Assembly (NCBI GenBank): GCA_963783575.1
Contig: CAWAOD010000005.1
Coordinates: 480,001-544,000, forward strand
Direction: 5' to 3'
DNA: 64,000 nucleotides
Origin: an uncultured Spirochaetota bacterium
Lineage (GTDB): Bacteria; Spirochaetota; Brevinematia; Brevinematales; JAOACQ01
Shown here piece by piece: positions 18,603 to 28,771 of the stretch (the stretch's first letter is position 1; each line of letters begins with the position of its first letter). Under the pieces are notes generated by a model. That model was not told the DNA's origin and ran no database searches. It saw only the letters and a list, made by a program, of their open reading frames with translations. A program made the translations under genes and the position numbers.

Positions 18603-19427
18603 ATGTCCTCACATCAAATTTTGTTGGTAGATGATGAAATTGAAATCCATGATTCGTTTAAACAAATATTTTTTGACCGTAAGAATTTGAACTTATACTT
18701 TGCAAAAAATAGCAATGAGGGAATGAAAGTATTGGAAAATGATGTTATTGATATTGTTATTTCCGATTTGATAATGCCGGATACTTTTGGAATTGATTTT
18801 CTAAAAGAGGTAAAAAGGCATTATCCTGAAACTATACGGATGCTATTAACCGGATATTCGGATATAAACGCCACAATAGAAGCGATAAATAAAGATGAAA
18901 TATACCGCTATTTGACAAAGCCCTGGAACAGTGATGAATTGATAATTATTATTGATCAGGCGCTTGAATTCCTTGATCTTAAGAAAAAAACAAAAGAACT
19001 TTCCAAAAAACTTCAGAAAAAGAATAGGGAGCTTAAAGAGAGCAGGGATCTTTTTATCAGTATTTTAAACAGCATCGGGGATGGTGTGATTACAACCGAT
19101 TTTGAAGGTGTTGTTACTTTCATCAATCCTGTTTCTGAAGCTTACACCGGTTTTACATCGAAAGATGCAATTGGTAAAATGCTTTCGGAGATTTTTTATA
19201 TTATTCATGGAAATAAACGTATACCATTGGAAAATCCGATTGCAAAAATGCTAAAAGAAGGGATTACAATTAAACATTATAAAAATTATCTTCTGGTAAA
19301 CAAAAAAGGTGTGGAAATAGAGGTTGATTTCAGTATCTCGCCGATTATCAACAAAGAAAATAATATGACCGGTAAAGGAATCGTGCTTGTCTTTCATGAA
19401 ACCTGCATGAATAATCCTGAACATTGA
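18603..19427 (+). CDS. Response regulator, REC + coiled coil + PAS (apparently truncated)
   Basis: ILLVDDE, ISDLIMP and YLTKPW REC motifs; SIGDGVITTD...INPVSEAYTG PAS; ends right after VLVFH. Confidence 0.85.
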   Translation: MSSHQILLVDDEIEIHDSFKQIFFDRKNLNLYFAKNSNEGMKVLENDVIDIVISDLIMPDTFGIDFLKEVKRHYPETIRMLLTGYSDINATIEAINKDEIYRYLTKPWNSDELIIIIDQALEFLDLKKKTKELSKKLQKKNRELKESRDLFISILNSIGDGVITTDFEGVVTFINPVSEAYTGFTSKDAIGKMLSEIFYIIHGNKRIPLENPIAKMLKEGITIKHYKNYLLVNKKGVEIEVDFSISPIINKENNMTGKGIVLVFHETCMNNPEH

Positions 19428-19570
19428 ATATATTCTTCAACAAGCGTGCCGCTTGACCCAGATGTAGATTCCTTACGCAACAAAGTTGCGTATAGCTCTG
19501 CTGCGATTCCAATAGAAATACTTTCAGTTGTTCTGACTTTAATACCTTGAGACTCTGCCTCGTGAATGCT

Positions 19571-20698
19571 TTATTCCGGGTCTTTCCGGTTGGGAAGGGT
19601 AAATGTTACTTTTGTACCTTTTCCGGCATTACTCTCTACAGATATCTTTCCATCATGTTTATCTATAAATTCTTTGCAGAGAATTAATCCAAGGCCTGTG
19701 CCCTTTTCCCCGGCAGTGCCAGCCTGCTGGCTTCTAACATCGATATGGAATAAGTTCGGCAGTATTTCTTCCGGGATACCTATACCGGTATCGGAGACAG
19801 AAATTTCAGCGCTATTATCCGTCAATTTACAATCAATCTCAACGGTTCCATTATTATCCGTAAATTTAATCGCATTTGACAAAAGATTCCTGACTATAGT
19901 ATTAAGCATATTTTCATCCGCAAATACCAATGATTCATTAAGTATATTATTTTTAATTGTAATTTTTTTCTGTTCGGCATTCGGTGCCAAAAGTTTGATA
20001 TTCCATGAAATAATATTATTGACATTGATATGCGCGGGTGAACAATCTATCATTCCACGCTGTATTCTTGACCAGGTTAAAAGGTTTTCAAGCAGGGCGA
20101 CAAGATTCCTGGCAGATTCATGAAATTGTTTTGTAAATATTTTTAGTTTTTCTGGTTCCATGTTTTCTATTTTATCGAGAATTTGCGAATAAGATAAAAA
20201 TACTACCATAGGATTCTTAAGATCATGGGCAAGTATGGAAAAAAACTTGTCTTTACTAGCGTTTAAAGCCTCAAGCTCTTCATTTTTCTTCTTAAGCTGA
20301 ATTTGAAGGTTTTTTATTGTTAAATGTGCATTAATTCTTGCAAGAACTTCTTCTATCTGAAAAGGTTTGGTTATATAATCCGATCCTCCGACCTCAAATC
20401 CCTTTAATTTATTAACTGTTTCAGACAATGCCGTCATAAATATAACCGGAATTTCTTTAAACTCATCTTTTTCCTTAATGCGGCAGCAAGTTTCAAATCC
20501 GTCAATTCCCGGCATCATAACGTCCATAAGTATTAAATCCGGTTTTTTATATGATATTTGCTCAATAGCGTCATAACCGTTTGTTGCGACAAAAGTTCTG
20601 TAATTTGATTTATCAAGGAAATCGATCAAAACATTTAAATTATCAATATCATCATCAATAATAAAAATATCAGCAATCCGGGACAACTCTGCATCCAT
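19571..20698 (-). CDS. Hybrid sensor histidine kinase (REC-HisKA-HATPase)
   Basis: LMDVMMPGIDGFE; LAHDLKNP; NLLSNAIKFT; DTGIGI; GTGLGL. Confidence 0.93.
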   Translation of the reverse strand: MDAELSRIADIFIIDDDIDNLNVLIDFLDKSNYRTFVATNGYDAIEQISYKKPDLILMDVMMPGIDGFETCCRIKEKDEFKEIPVIFMTALSETVNKLKGFEVGGSDYITKPFQIEEVLARINAHLTIKNLQIQLKKKNEELEALNASKDKFFSILAHDLKNPMVVFLSYSQILDKIENMEPEKLKIFTKQFHESARNLVALLENLLTWSRIQRGMIDCSPAHINVNNIISWNIKLLAPNAEQKKITIKNNILNESLVFADENMLNTIVRNLLSNAIKFTDNNGTVEIDCKLTDNSAEISVSDTGIGIPEEILPNLFHIDVRSQQAGTAGEKGTGLGLILCKEFIDKHDGKISVESNAGKGTKVTFTLPNRKDPE

Positions 20699-20803
20699 AA
20701 TTTTCTCCTGAGCTTGCAGGACTTACAGCTCCAATGCAATTCCACTCAAATATTCTTTTATAAAAAAATTTGCCTAAGTTCATCATTATCAATATATTTA
20801 TAA

Positions 20804-20838
20804 TTGACAAATTTTACTTATTCTTTATAAAATTGTCA
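20804..20838 (+). promoter_or_regulatory. Promoter/palindrome upstream of gnd
   Basis: TTGACA followed by TATAAA/TAAAAT at 16-18 bp; TTGACAA...TTGTCAA inverted repeat. Confidence 0.45.
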
Positions 20839-20888
20839 AACAAAATAGATTTAATCAATATTGATGTTAAAGTAACTGGGAGGCGTAT

Positions 20889-21884
20889 ATGAGGTTGGGT
20901 TTAATAGGATTAGGCAGGATGGGCTTAAATATGTCAAAACGTTTAATTGAAGGTGGGCATGAAGTAGTAGTATATAACAGGTCTCCTGAAAAAATTGATG
21001 AAATCATAAAAGAGGGAGGGATAGGATCTGTCTCGCTTGAGGATTTCATTCGAAAACTTTATCCAGAAAGATTCGTCTGGCTCATGCTTCCTTCGGGTGA
21101 TGTGACCGATGAACATATAGAAAGATTAAAAGGATTGATGTCCAAAGGAGATGTGATTATAGAAGGCGGCAATACATATTATAAAGATGATATTAGAAGG
21201 GCGGGGGAATTACAGAAATCAGGCATACATTATCTCGATGCCGGTGTTTCCGGAGGAATATGGGGTTTGAAGAACGGCTATTGTACAATGATCGGCGGGG
21301 AAAGGAAGATTTTCGAGAAGCTGGAACCTGTATTCCAAACACTGGCTCCGGCTGAGGGATACCTTTATTGCGGTGCTACAGGGGCCGGGCATTTTGTCAA
21401 AATGCTACATAACGGTATAGAATATGCTCTTATGGAAGCTTACGGAGAGGGTTTTCAAATATTGAAAGCTTCAGGGTATGGTAATGGAGTGGAATTAAAA
21501 AATATTGCCCGTCTGTGGAACAGTGGGAGCGTTATCCGTTCATGGCTTCTTGAATTGCTTGAATCCGTTTTCTCCAGAGACCCTGATTTGAATAATATAA
21601 AGGGCTATGTTGAAGATTCCGGGGAGGCAAGGTGGACTGTTAAGGAAGCCTTAGAACTTGGGGTTGCAGCCGATTTAATTGCTTTGTCTCTTTTTAAAAG
21701 ATTTAATTCAAGACAAAAAGATGTTTTTGCAGATAAAATAACGGCTGCATTAAGGAATGAATTCGGAGGGCATGCTTTAGCAAAAAATGATGAAGATATA
21801 AGAATTTCAAGTACCGGCGCCGGAAGCTTTCATCATGCGATTGGTGAAGATAATAAAAATCCCGGGAGGGGCAATGGAATTTAA
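20889..21884 (+). CDS. gnd: 6-phosphogluconate dehydrogenase (short, YqeC-type)
   Basis: GLIGLGRMG, DAGVSGG, GAGHFVKMLHNGIEY, DSGEARWT and LRNEFGGH motifs. Confidence 0.95.
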   Translation: MRLGLIGLGRMGLNMSKRLIEGGHEVVVYNRSPEKIDEIIKEGGIGSVSLEDFIRKLYPERFVWLMLPSGDVTDEHIERLKGLMSKGDVIIEGGNTYYKDDIRRAGELQKSGIHYLDAGVSGGIWGLKNGYCTMIGGERKIFEKLEPVFQTLAPAEGYLYCGATGAGHFVKMLHNGIEYALMEAYGEGFQILKASGYGNGVELKNIARLWNSGSVIRSWLLELLESVFSRDPDLNNIKGYVEDSGEARWTVKEALELGVAADLIALSLFKRFNSRQKDVFADKITAALRNEFGGHALAKNDEDIRISSTGAGSFHHAIGEDNKNPGRGNGI

Positions 21885-23415
21885 AACTATTATTAAGACA
21901 AACGGTTACTGTGAACTGCCGAAAGCAGGGCCATGCGGGATTGTAATATTCGGGGCATCCGGTAATCTGGCGCAGAAAAAATTGCTGCCTTCTATATATA
22001 ATATTTTTTTGGCCGGAAGTGTCCCGGAAAATTTCTTTATTGCAGGAATCGCTCGTACTGATATGGATGATGCCTCCTTCCGTATGTTTGTCCATGATTC
22101 GGTTAAAGATGCCGATGAAAAGGCTGATGATGTCATTCTGGGAAAATTATGCTCCCGTTTATTTTATATAAAAGGCGGATATGATGATGATAACACATAT
22201 CTTATTTTAAAAAGTAAATTAGCGGAATTTGAGCGAAAATTTAATACGCTTGGCAATATTATTTTCAACCTGGCCATTCCGCCGGATCTTTATGCAGTGA
22301 TAACGGAAAAGCTAAGTATTAACGGAATTATAAATAAGGGGCAGGATCATAATCCATTTCATAGGATTATGGTGGAAAAACCCTTCGGCAGGGACATTGT
22401 AAGTGCGTCTGCATTAAATGAACATTTACTGAAATATTTGAGCGAGAGCCAGATTTACAGGATAGATCATTATCTCGGTAAGAATACGGTACAGAATATA
22501 CTTGTATTCCGGTTCGCCAATATGATTTTTGAGCCTGTCTGGAACAACAGTTCAATAGACAGCGTTCAAATTACGGTATCTGAAGACATCGGAATTGAAA
22601 ATAGGGCCGGTTACTTTGAAAAAGCCGGACTTGTGCGGGATATGCTTCAGAATCATATGATGCAGCTTCTGGCTATAGTGGCCATGGAACAGCCTGGTTC
22701 ATTTGATTCATCGGCTGTGATGGATGAGAAAGTTAAAGTTTTTAAAGCCATCAAACCTTTTGATAGGGATCATTTGAATGATTTGTTCATTATGGGGCAA
22801 TATACAGCGGGAGAAATCGGAGGAAAGAACGTCCCTTCTTACCGGGAAGAACCGGGTGTGAATAAAAACTCCTGTATTGAAACATATTTTGCTTCCAAAT
22901 TTTTTATCGACAATACCAGATGGAAAGGAGTACCGTTTTATTTAAAATCGGGCAAAAGACTTGACAGAAAGAAGACCTCTATTAATATAGTTTTTAAGCA
23001 GGCTGTCGATTGTCTTTTCTGTAAAATGGGTATTGAACATGAATCCAATATGCTAACATTTAATATACAGCCTGAACAGGGTGTTATTTTGAAATTTACG
23101 GCGAAAATTCCAGGCGCTAAATTGTGCCTTAGCCCGCTGGGTATGGAATTTAATTACAAGGATTTATTCGGCCAGGATATTGGGGGCGATTATGAGACCG
23201 TAATTCTCGACTGTATGCTTGGAGACCAGACGATATTCTGGAGAAAAGACGGAATTGAAGCCGCCTGGGATATACTGACACCGGTACTGGATCAATGGGA
23301 TAATTGTGAAATGGCTGAAAAAAAACAGCGGCTTCATTTTTATCCTGCAGGATCGAAAGGCCCCTCTGCTGCTGATGAATTTATAAAAAAGGACGGGAGG
23401 GAATGGATACTGTAG
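21874..23415 (+). CDS. zwf: Glucose-6-phosphate 1-dehydrogenase
   Basis: IFGASGNLA, EKPFG, RIDHYLGK and RDMLQNH motifs; start at ATG 21874 after GGAGG. Confidence 0.96.
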   Translation: MEFKTIIKTNGYCELPKAGPCGIVIFGASGNLAQKKLLPSIYNIFLAGSVPENFFIAGIARTDMDDASFRMFVHDSVKDADEKADDVILGKLCSRLFYIKGGYDDDNTYLILKSKLAEFERKFNTLGNIIFNLAIPPDLYAVITEKLSINGIINKGQDHNPFHRIMVEKPFGRDIVSASALNEHLLKYLSESQIYRIDHYLGKNTVQNILVFRFANMIFEPVWNNSSIDSVQITVSEDIGIENRAGYFEKAGLVRDMLQNHMMQLLAIVAMEQPGSFDSSAVMDEKVKVFKAIKPFDRDHLNDLFIMGQYTAGEIGGKNVPSYREEPGVNKNSCIETYFASKFFIDNTRWKGVPFYLKSGKRLDRKKTSINIVFKQAVDCLFCKMGIEHESNMLTFNIQPEQGVILKFTAKIPGAKLCLSPLGMEFNYKDLFGQDIGGDYETVILDCMLGDQTIFWRKDGIEAAWDILTPVLDQWDNCEMAEKKQRLHFYPAGSKGPSAADEFIKKDGREWIL

Positions 23416-24158
23416 AATCTAAAATCCTGGAATTTGTGGATCCTAATGAACTAGCTGAAAAAGCAGCCGAATATATTAATAATCTTGCCAATGAATATAT
23501 AAAGTTGAATAGCCGATTTACAATCGCTTTATCAGGCGGAAGTTCGCCCAAAAGAGTTTATGAAAGGCTTGGCGGAACGGTATTCGGGAATAGAATGCCC
23601 TGGGATAAAATATTCATTTTCTGGGGTGATGAAAGAATTGTAGATTATCGTAATAAAGACAGCAATTTTTATACGGCAGAAAGGACATTATTGTCAAAAA
23701 TAAATATTCCAAAAGAAAATGTCTTCCGTATTGAAGTTGAAGAAAGTCCACCTGAAAAAGCGGTCTCACAATATGAATATAAGATGAAAATAATATTTAA
23801 AAAATTTGGAGCGATTAATACCGTTAAACAAACGCCGGTTTTTGATCTTGCTCTTCTGGGAGTAGGTGAAGACGGGCATACGGCATCATTATTTCCGGGG
23901 TCGGACGCTTTAAATGAGAAAAATAAATGGGTTGCATATGTGAAAGGTATGGGTAATCCGCCAGTCATTGACAGAATTACATTGACCCTGCCGGTTTTTA
24001 ATTCTGCACAAAACATAATGTTTATTGTTTCGGGGAAAGGGAAGGGTGAAATTGTTAAGAATATTTTATCAGGAGCCGGAAAATACCCGGCATCTTTAAT
24101 AAAACCGGAAGGTCAAACAGTCTGGTTTATCGATAAAGATATTTATAATAACGGGTAA
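23403..24158 (+). CDS. pgl: 6-phosphogluconolactonase
   Basis: ALSGGSSP, FWGDER, LGVGEDGHTASLFPG and RITLTLP motifs. Confidence 0.95.
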   Translation: MDTVESKILEFVDPNELAEKAAEYINNLANEYIKLNSRFTIALSGGSSPKRVYERLGGTVFGNRMPWDKIFIFWGDERIVDYRNKDSNFYTAERTLLSKINIPKENVFRIEVEESPPEKAVSQYEYKMKIIFKKFGAINTVKQTPVFDLALLGVGEDGHTASLFPGSDALNEKNKWVAYVKGMGNPPVIDRITLTLPVFNSAQNIMFIVSGKGKGEIVKNILSGAGKYPASLIKPEGQTVWFIDKDIYNNG

Positions 24159-24274
24159 TAGTAAAATTAGGTTTTTCACCACTTCATTATCATTTGCTTT
24201 TTTTGTTTGTATTTACTAAAATACTTTGTTTTTTTTGTTAAATTGATTAAAGAGCATAATAATAAAGGTTTTTT

Positions 24275-26007
24275 ATGGAAAATGAAAGTGAAATAATATC
24301 TTCATATTTATCTGCTCACGAACAGTTGATTCATGTCTTGGGATTGTCTATGTTCACAGGAAAACCAATGACGGGGGAGATATATATTTGACTCAATATG
24401 GCCTGCCGGTGGCTCATTTGCTTGATCTTGAAAACTGGTATGAAAAGGAATGGTTTGATTCTCATAAAGAAAAACTTGAGGGAACCAGTTCAGTTTATAA
24501 AGTGTCGACAAAGGAAATAAACTGCCTCAGTCTTGAGCTTGTTGTAAAAAATTGCCGGGTGGGTGAGGATGTTCCGCTTGAGACACAAACTTTGATTGAG
24601 AATATTAATGCCGAATTTAACAGCCCCTGGGAAGAGTTTGCTATGGTAATGGAGATGCGCGAAGGAAAACATGGTCCGGAAAATATAAAGATAAATACCC
24701 AGGATCCTCTCGCAATTTATGTTCCTCCGGAAAAGATGCAGGTATGGCAAAGCGGGCGGTCAATCGCAAAAATCAACAGGATAATAGCCAAACATCCAGG
24801 CATAGGAATTGATATCTTAAAGCAATATAAATTAATTTACGGATGGATTAAAGGGAAAAACATTGTTGAGACTTTTCAGGATATCGGTTTATATGATTCC
24901 GAATTGGATAAAAATCTTGCCCCGATTACAAAAAAGGTTATAATCGATCTTGATAAAAAAGGATATGTCGTGGCAGATATGAAACCGGCCCATATAATCA
25001 TAAGCGAAAAATTTACTGAAAAATCTCCGGGTTACGAAAACCAGCATTATCCTGAACCTTCTGAAAAACAAAAAAAATATATACTTGATTTGATAGATCA
25101 GGGAGAATATTCCATAGTAGATTATGAATTACTTGTCAGAACCGCAACTTATGATGAGGAAGTAAAATATTCGCGAAGGCATTCCTATCTTGATGATCAA
25201 AGGGATAGACTTATTCCCTCAAAACTTCCGGCGCATTTGAAGGCAATGGATATTTTCGGCGTTCCTTATATTTTCGGCAGGGCTGAAAGCACCGGAGGAA
25301 ATTTATGGGTTGTAGGCAGGAATCCAAGGCTATTTGATTATTTTCTGCCTGAGCGCTGGCGTAAAACTCATAGCTGGAAATTATCAGGATCAAATGAGGT
25401 TTATTACACGGTTACTAAAGATAACGTGCATATTGTCTGGAAATCATCAAGAGTTGGAGAAACTCCTCAAATAAAAACAGAAGATGAACTTTCATCAAAG
25501 ATAATGGAATATGGATTCAACAGCCCTTTTGAGGAATTTGCCATAGCGCAATTTCTGGATAAAAACGGTATTCCGGCAGTTTATGCAAGGGCTATATATA
25601 TGACAGGCAGTTTAAAACTGGAACAATCCTCCGACTTGAGAAGATTCGAATCGCACAAACATAAACTCTGCCCTGATGGAAAACCAATTTTAAGGAAGGA
25701 TCATAATTATATTAGTATCCGCGGTTATTACAACGGCTCCGATCAATGGGTAGCTCAACAAAATAGGCAGTTATGCAGGCCGGTTGACCTGTTAAAAGCA
25801 TTGCATATGGGAATAATACTTCAGCCTGATTTTGAAAAGATTTATAAAACCATAATTGTTAAATTAAAAAATATAGGATATGACGGAACTTTATTACAGG
25901 CAAACGATATAATTCTTGTAATGGACCCTGAAGAAAGTTTAATATTGGACAATGAAGGACTTCCTGAAGCCCGTATATGTAATTTCGAACTTATTCATAA
26001 GTATTAA
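24275..26007 (+). CDS. Hypothetical protein with two tandem kinase-like (RIO/Kdo-like) repeats; frameshift at ~24342
   Basis: Internal duplication (VVKNCRVGE...FNSPWEEFA / VWKSSRVGE...FNSPFEEFA); ADMKPAHIII...VDYELL in repeat 1; ATG 24275 joins the ORF if one G is restored. Confidence 0.55.
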
Positions 26008-26201
26008 CAGTAATCCGCTGAAAAATCTTTATGCCATTCAAATTTTACTGAATAGAACGAATTTTCGTTTGTGAAATAAAATATCCTTACAGCAAGATGG
26101 GTTATTATAAATGCAGAATAGCGGGAGACCCAATCAGTAATAAAACTGCAAGGAATTATATAGCCGGCAGAGCCAGTCTAAAGTGGTTACTGGGTCAAGA
26201 A

Positions 26202-26217
26202 GCCTGCCCTGAGCCTG
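26202..26217. repeat. Left half of the REP-like palindrome interrupted by IS1182
   Basis: GCCTGCCCTGAGCCTG; joined to 27912-27919 it reconstitutes CCCTGAGCCTGTCGAAGGG. Confidence 0.6.
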
Positions 26218-27908
26218 CAGACTGTGTGAAAACTCAGTAAATATGCTATAATTATTAGAACAAAAATAATCGGAGTAAAAGATGAAGCATATTGAGGGAG
26301 AATCAAGGGATCAGATAGTTCTGTTCAATGAAACACTGGAAGATCTGTTAGGAGAAGAAGATCCGGTAAGGTTTATAGATATTTTTGTTGATAAGCTAAA
26401 TATGAAAGGAGTTGGTTTTAAAGTAAAAGAAGCATCAACCGGCAGAAGTTCATATAAATCCGAAATACTTTTAAAAATCTATATTTACGGATATTTGAAT
26501 AAAATCAGGACAAGCAGGAAATTAGAGAGAGAGTGCCGAAGAAACACAGAGTTGATGTGGCTGACTGGACGACTAGCGCCGGATTTCAAGACGATTGCCG
26601 ACTTCAGGAAAGACAATAAGAAGGGAATACAGTCGATATTCAGAGAATTTTTGAAGATATGTCATAAAGCCGGGCTTTTATCATTTGACGTTGTTGGAAT
26701 TGATGGAACCAAGATCAGTGCGCAAAACCACAATAACAATGTTTATCATAGGAAAAACATAGAAGAAATCATACATAGAATAGATCAAAAGATCGAAGAA
26801 TATTTGAATGAGATGGATAAGAACGATAAGGAAGAAAAGAATGAATTTGAATTTCTTTCCGGAAAGATAGCGGAACGTTTAAAGAAAATGAAAACAAAAA
26901 AGGATAAAGTTGAGGCTATTAAAAAGATTTTTGAGGGAAATCCTGAAATGGAGAAATATTATTCAAATGACCCGGAAAGCCGGTTTATGAATGATAAAGG
27001 GAAATCCGACATTGCATATAATCTGCAGATGGCAGTAGATGATGCGAATAAACTGATTGTGGTGATTGATGTGACGAATGAAAACAATGATATCAAACAG
27101 ATGGCAGGAATGTGTGACCGAGTAGAAGAAATAAAGGACGAGCTTAAGGTAGAGACTGAAACGGTCAAAGTATCGGATGCCGGTTATTACAGCGAACCGC
27201 AGATACTGGAATGTATAGATAAGGGACATAACGTATATATGCCGAATCCGGATGACGGACATAAGGCAAGGATTCGAGGCAAAGAAGATAATAAAGGAGT
27301 ACCTGCTGAAGAATACCAGGTTGATAAATTCAAATATGATCCGGGACAAAATGTTTATTATTGTCCGGAGGGAAACCCATTAGTGAGAAATGGGAAAAAA
27401 GTAGAGAAGGTCAATGGAGGAAAAGAGATAGTCAGGTACAAGTGCGGCTTATGCAGCCAATGTGAAGTAAGAAATAAGTGTACTGAAAGCGTGGAAGGAC
27501 GAAGTATCAAAGTACCAGTTAGAAAAGAAGAAATTGAGAACTTCAAGAGGAAAATTCGTTCTGAAGCCGGGAAAAAGATCATAGAGAAAAGGAAAGAGAT
27601 ATGTGAACATCCATTTGGATCGATAAAAAGGAATATGGGTTACAGTTATTTTTTAATGAAGGGAAAGGATGGCGTTCTGACGGAATCCAGTTTGGCAGGA
27701 TTCATTCATAATTTAATAAAAGTATTGAATATATTGGGAATAAAGAGACTTATGACTCTGGTTTGATGCTAATAAACCATCGTTTATCGTATTCGGATAG
27801 ATTTTTTAAACTAAGATTTTTTTAGCTTGAAAAATATATCAAAAAATGGAGTTTTTGTATAATTAATCGATTTTACTATAAAATTTTACTGAGTTTTCAC
27901 ACAGTCTG
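26218..27908 (+). mobile_element. Complete IS1182-family insertion sequence
   Basis: Perfect 24-bp terminal inverted repeats CAGACTGTGTGAAAACTCAGTAAA; CTG duplicated at 26215-26217 and 27909-27911. Confidence 0.92.
26282..27766 (+). CDS. IS1182-family transposase
   Basis: SRKLERECRRN...WLTGRLAPDFKTIADFR, GIDGTKI, SDAGYYS and RKEICEHPFGSIK motifs. Confidence 0.95.
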   Translation: MKHIEGESRDQIVLFNETLEDLLGEEDPVRFIDIFVDKLNMKGVGFKVKEASTGRSSYKSEILLKIYIYGYLNKIRTSRKLERECRRNTELMWLTGRLAPDFKTIADFRKDNKKGIQSIFREFLKICHKAGLLSFDVVGIDGTKISAQNHNNNVYHRKNIEEIIHRIDQKIEEYLNEMDKNDKEEKNEFEFLSGKIAERLKKMKTKKDKVEAIKKIFEGNPEMEKYYSNDPESRFMNDKGKSDIAYNLQMAVDDANKLIVVIDVTNENNDIKQMAGMCDRVEEIKDELKVETETVKVSDAGYYSEPQILECIDKGHNVYMPNPDDGHKARIRGKEDNKGVPAEEYQVDKFKYDPGQNVYYCPEGNPLVRNGKKVEKVNGGKEIVRYKCGLCSQCEVRNKCTESVEGRSIKVPVRKEEIENFKRKIRSEAGKKIIEKRKEICEHPFGSIKRNMGYSYFLMKGKDGVLTESSLAGFIHNLIKVLNILGIKRLMTLV

Positions 27909-27919
27909 CTGTCGAAGGG

Positions 27920-28543
27920 TTAAAATCCCAATACTTCTCCTACAAGTATGAGGTTAAGATTCCTGTGCAGAAATGGTGATTCCCGCTCAAATATTAATAA
28001 TTTCCCTATCATTGTGCCTGATTGCGGCCCGTAAAGCTGTTTCATATGCCGGTCTTCAAGAGGAATAATATATTCTCGAACCCTTTTTATCCCATCTTCA
28101 AGCGATGAAGTTATTTTTTGAGTACCGGCTATCCAGATAATATTGCTGCTGGAAAATGCGTAAGCGGGCAGCTGGCTACCGGTAGCGCTGGCAAAAACTA
28201 TTTCACCTGTTTGGGCAATTGCATGAACGCTTCCGAGAAAATAATCCGCCATTGTGCTTTGTTTACGCAATATTACTTGACTGGCCGGATCCTTTTCGGT
28301 TAATAATTTATCTTTCAGGTTATTCCAGGAATGCTTGCCCGATATAAGTAAATCTTCAAAACCAATCTGCTGGAGTGTTATTGAAGCGCCGGTCATAACG
28401 CTTGCGCCGGCTGGAATCATATTGACAACCAGTTCAAGCGCTTTTTCTTTACTCTCAACAAATTGAGCTTTGATACCGCGTTCATTTACGGCTTCCAATA
28501 CTTTATTCACAATTTCCAATGATGGAAGGGAATAATAATTCAT
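27920..28543 (-). CDS. LUD-domain (LutC/YkgG-like) protein
   Basis: GASITLQQIG, ADYFLGSVHAIAQTGEIV, IAGTQKI and terminal LGF; start at ATG 28543 behind GGAGG. Confidence 0.8.
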   Translation of the reverse strand: MNYYSLPSLEIVNKVLEAVNERGIKAQFVESKEKALELVVNMIPAGASVMTGASITLQQIGFEDLLISGKHSWNNLKDKLLTEKDPASQVILRKQSTMADYFLGSVHAIAQTGEIVFASATGSQLPAYAFSSSNIIWIAGTQKITSSLEDGIKRVREYIIPLEDRHMKQLYGPQSGTMIGKLLIFERESPFLHRNLNLILVGEVLGF

Positions 28544-28771
28544 ATCCAGTCCTCCTAGAAAAATAAATTCTATTTGATAATAATAAATAAATGACTTGAA
28601 AGGCAAATTTCTTTTAAAGTTATATTTTACTAATTATAAAATGATTCTTTAATGCTTCAGTTTTATAATCAATCATGAAAAAATTTAATTTAGAAATTCA
28701 CTTTTCATATCAATATGTTTATATTATCACAAATAATTAATAGAATTGGGCCGGATTTTAAAGGCGGTTTT

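Noticed and set aside
19566..20123. 185-aa + strand ORF
   Set aside because: Antisense shadow of the histidine kinase ATPase domain.
26097..26217. Short ORF (MGYYKCRIAGD...EACPE) or hairpin RNA before the IS1182
   Set aside because: No RBS and no recognisable family; pairing is limited to one short stem.
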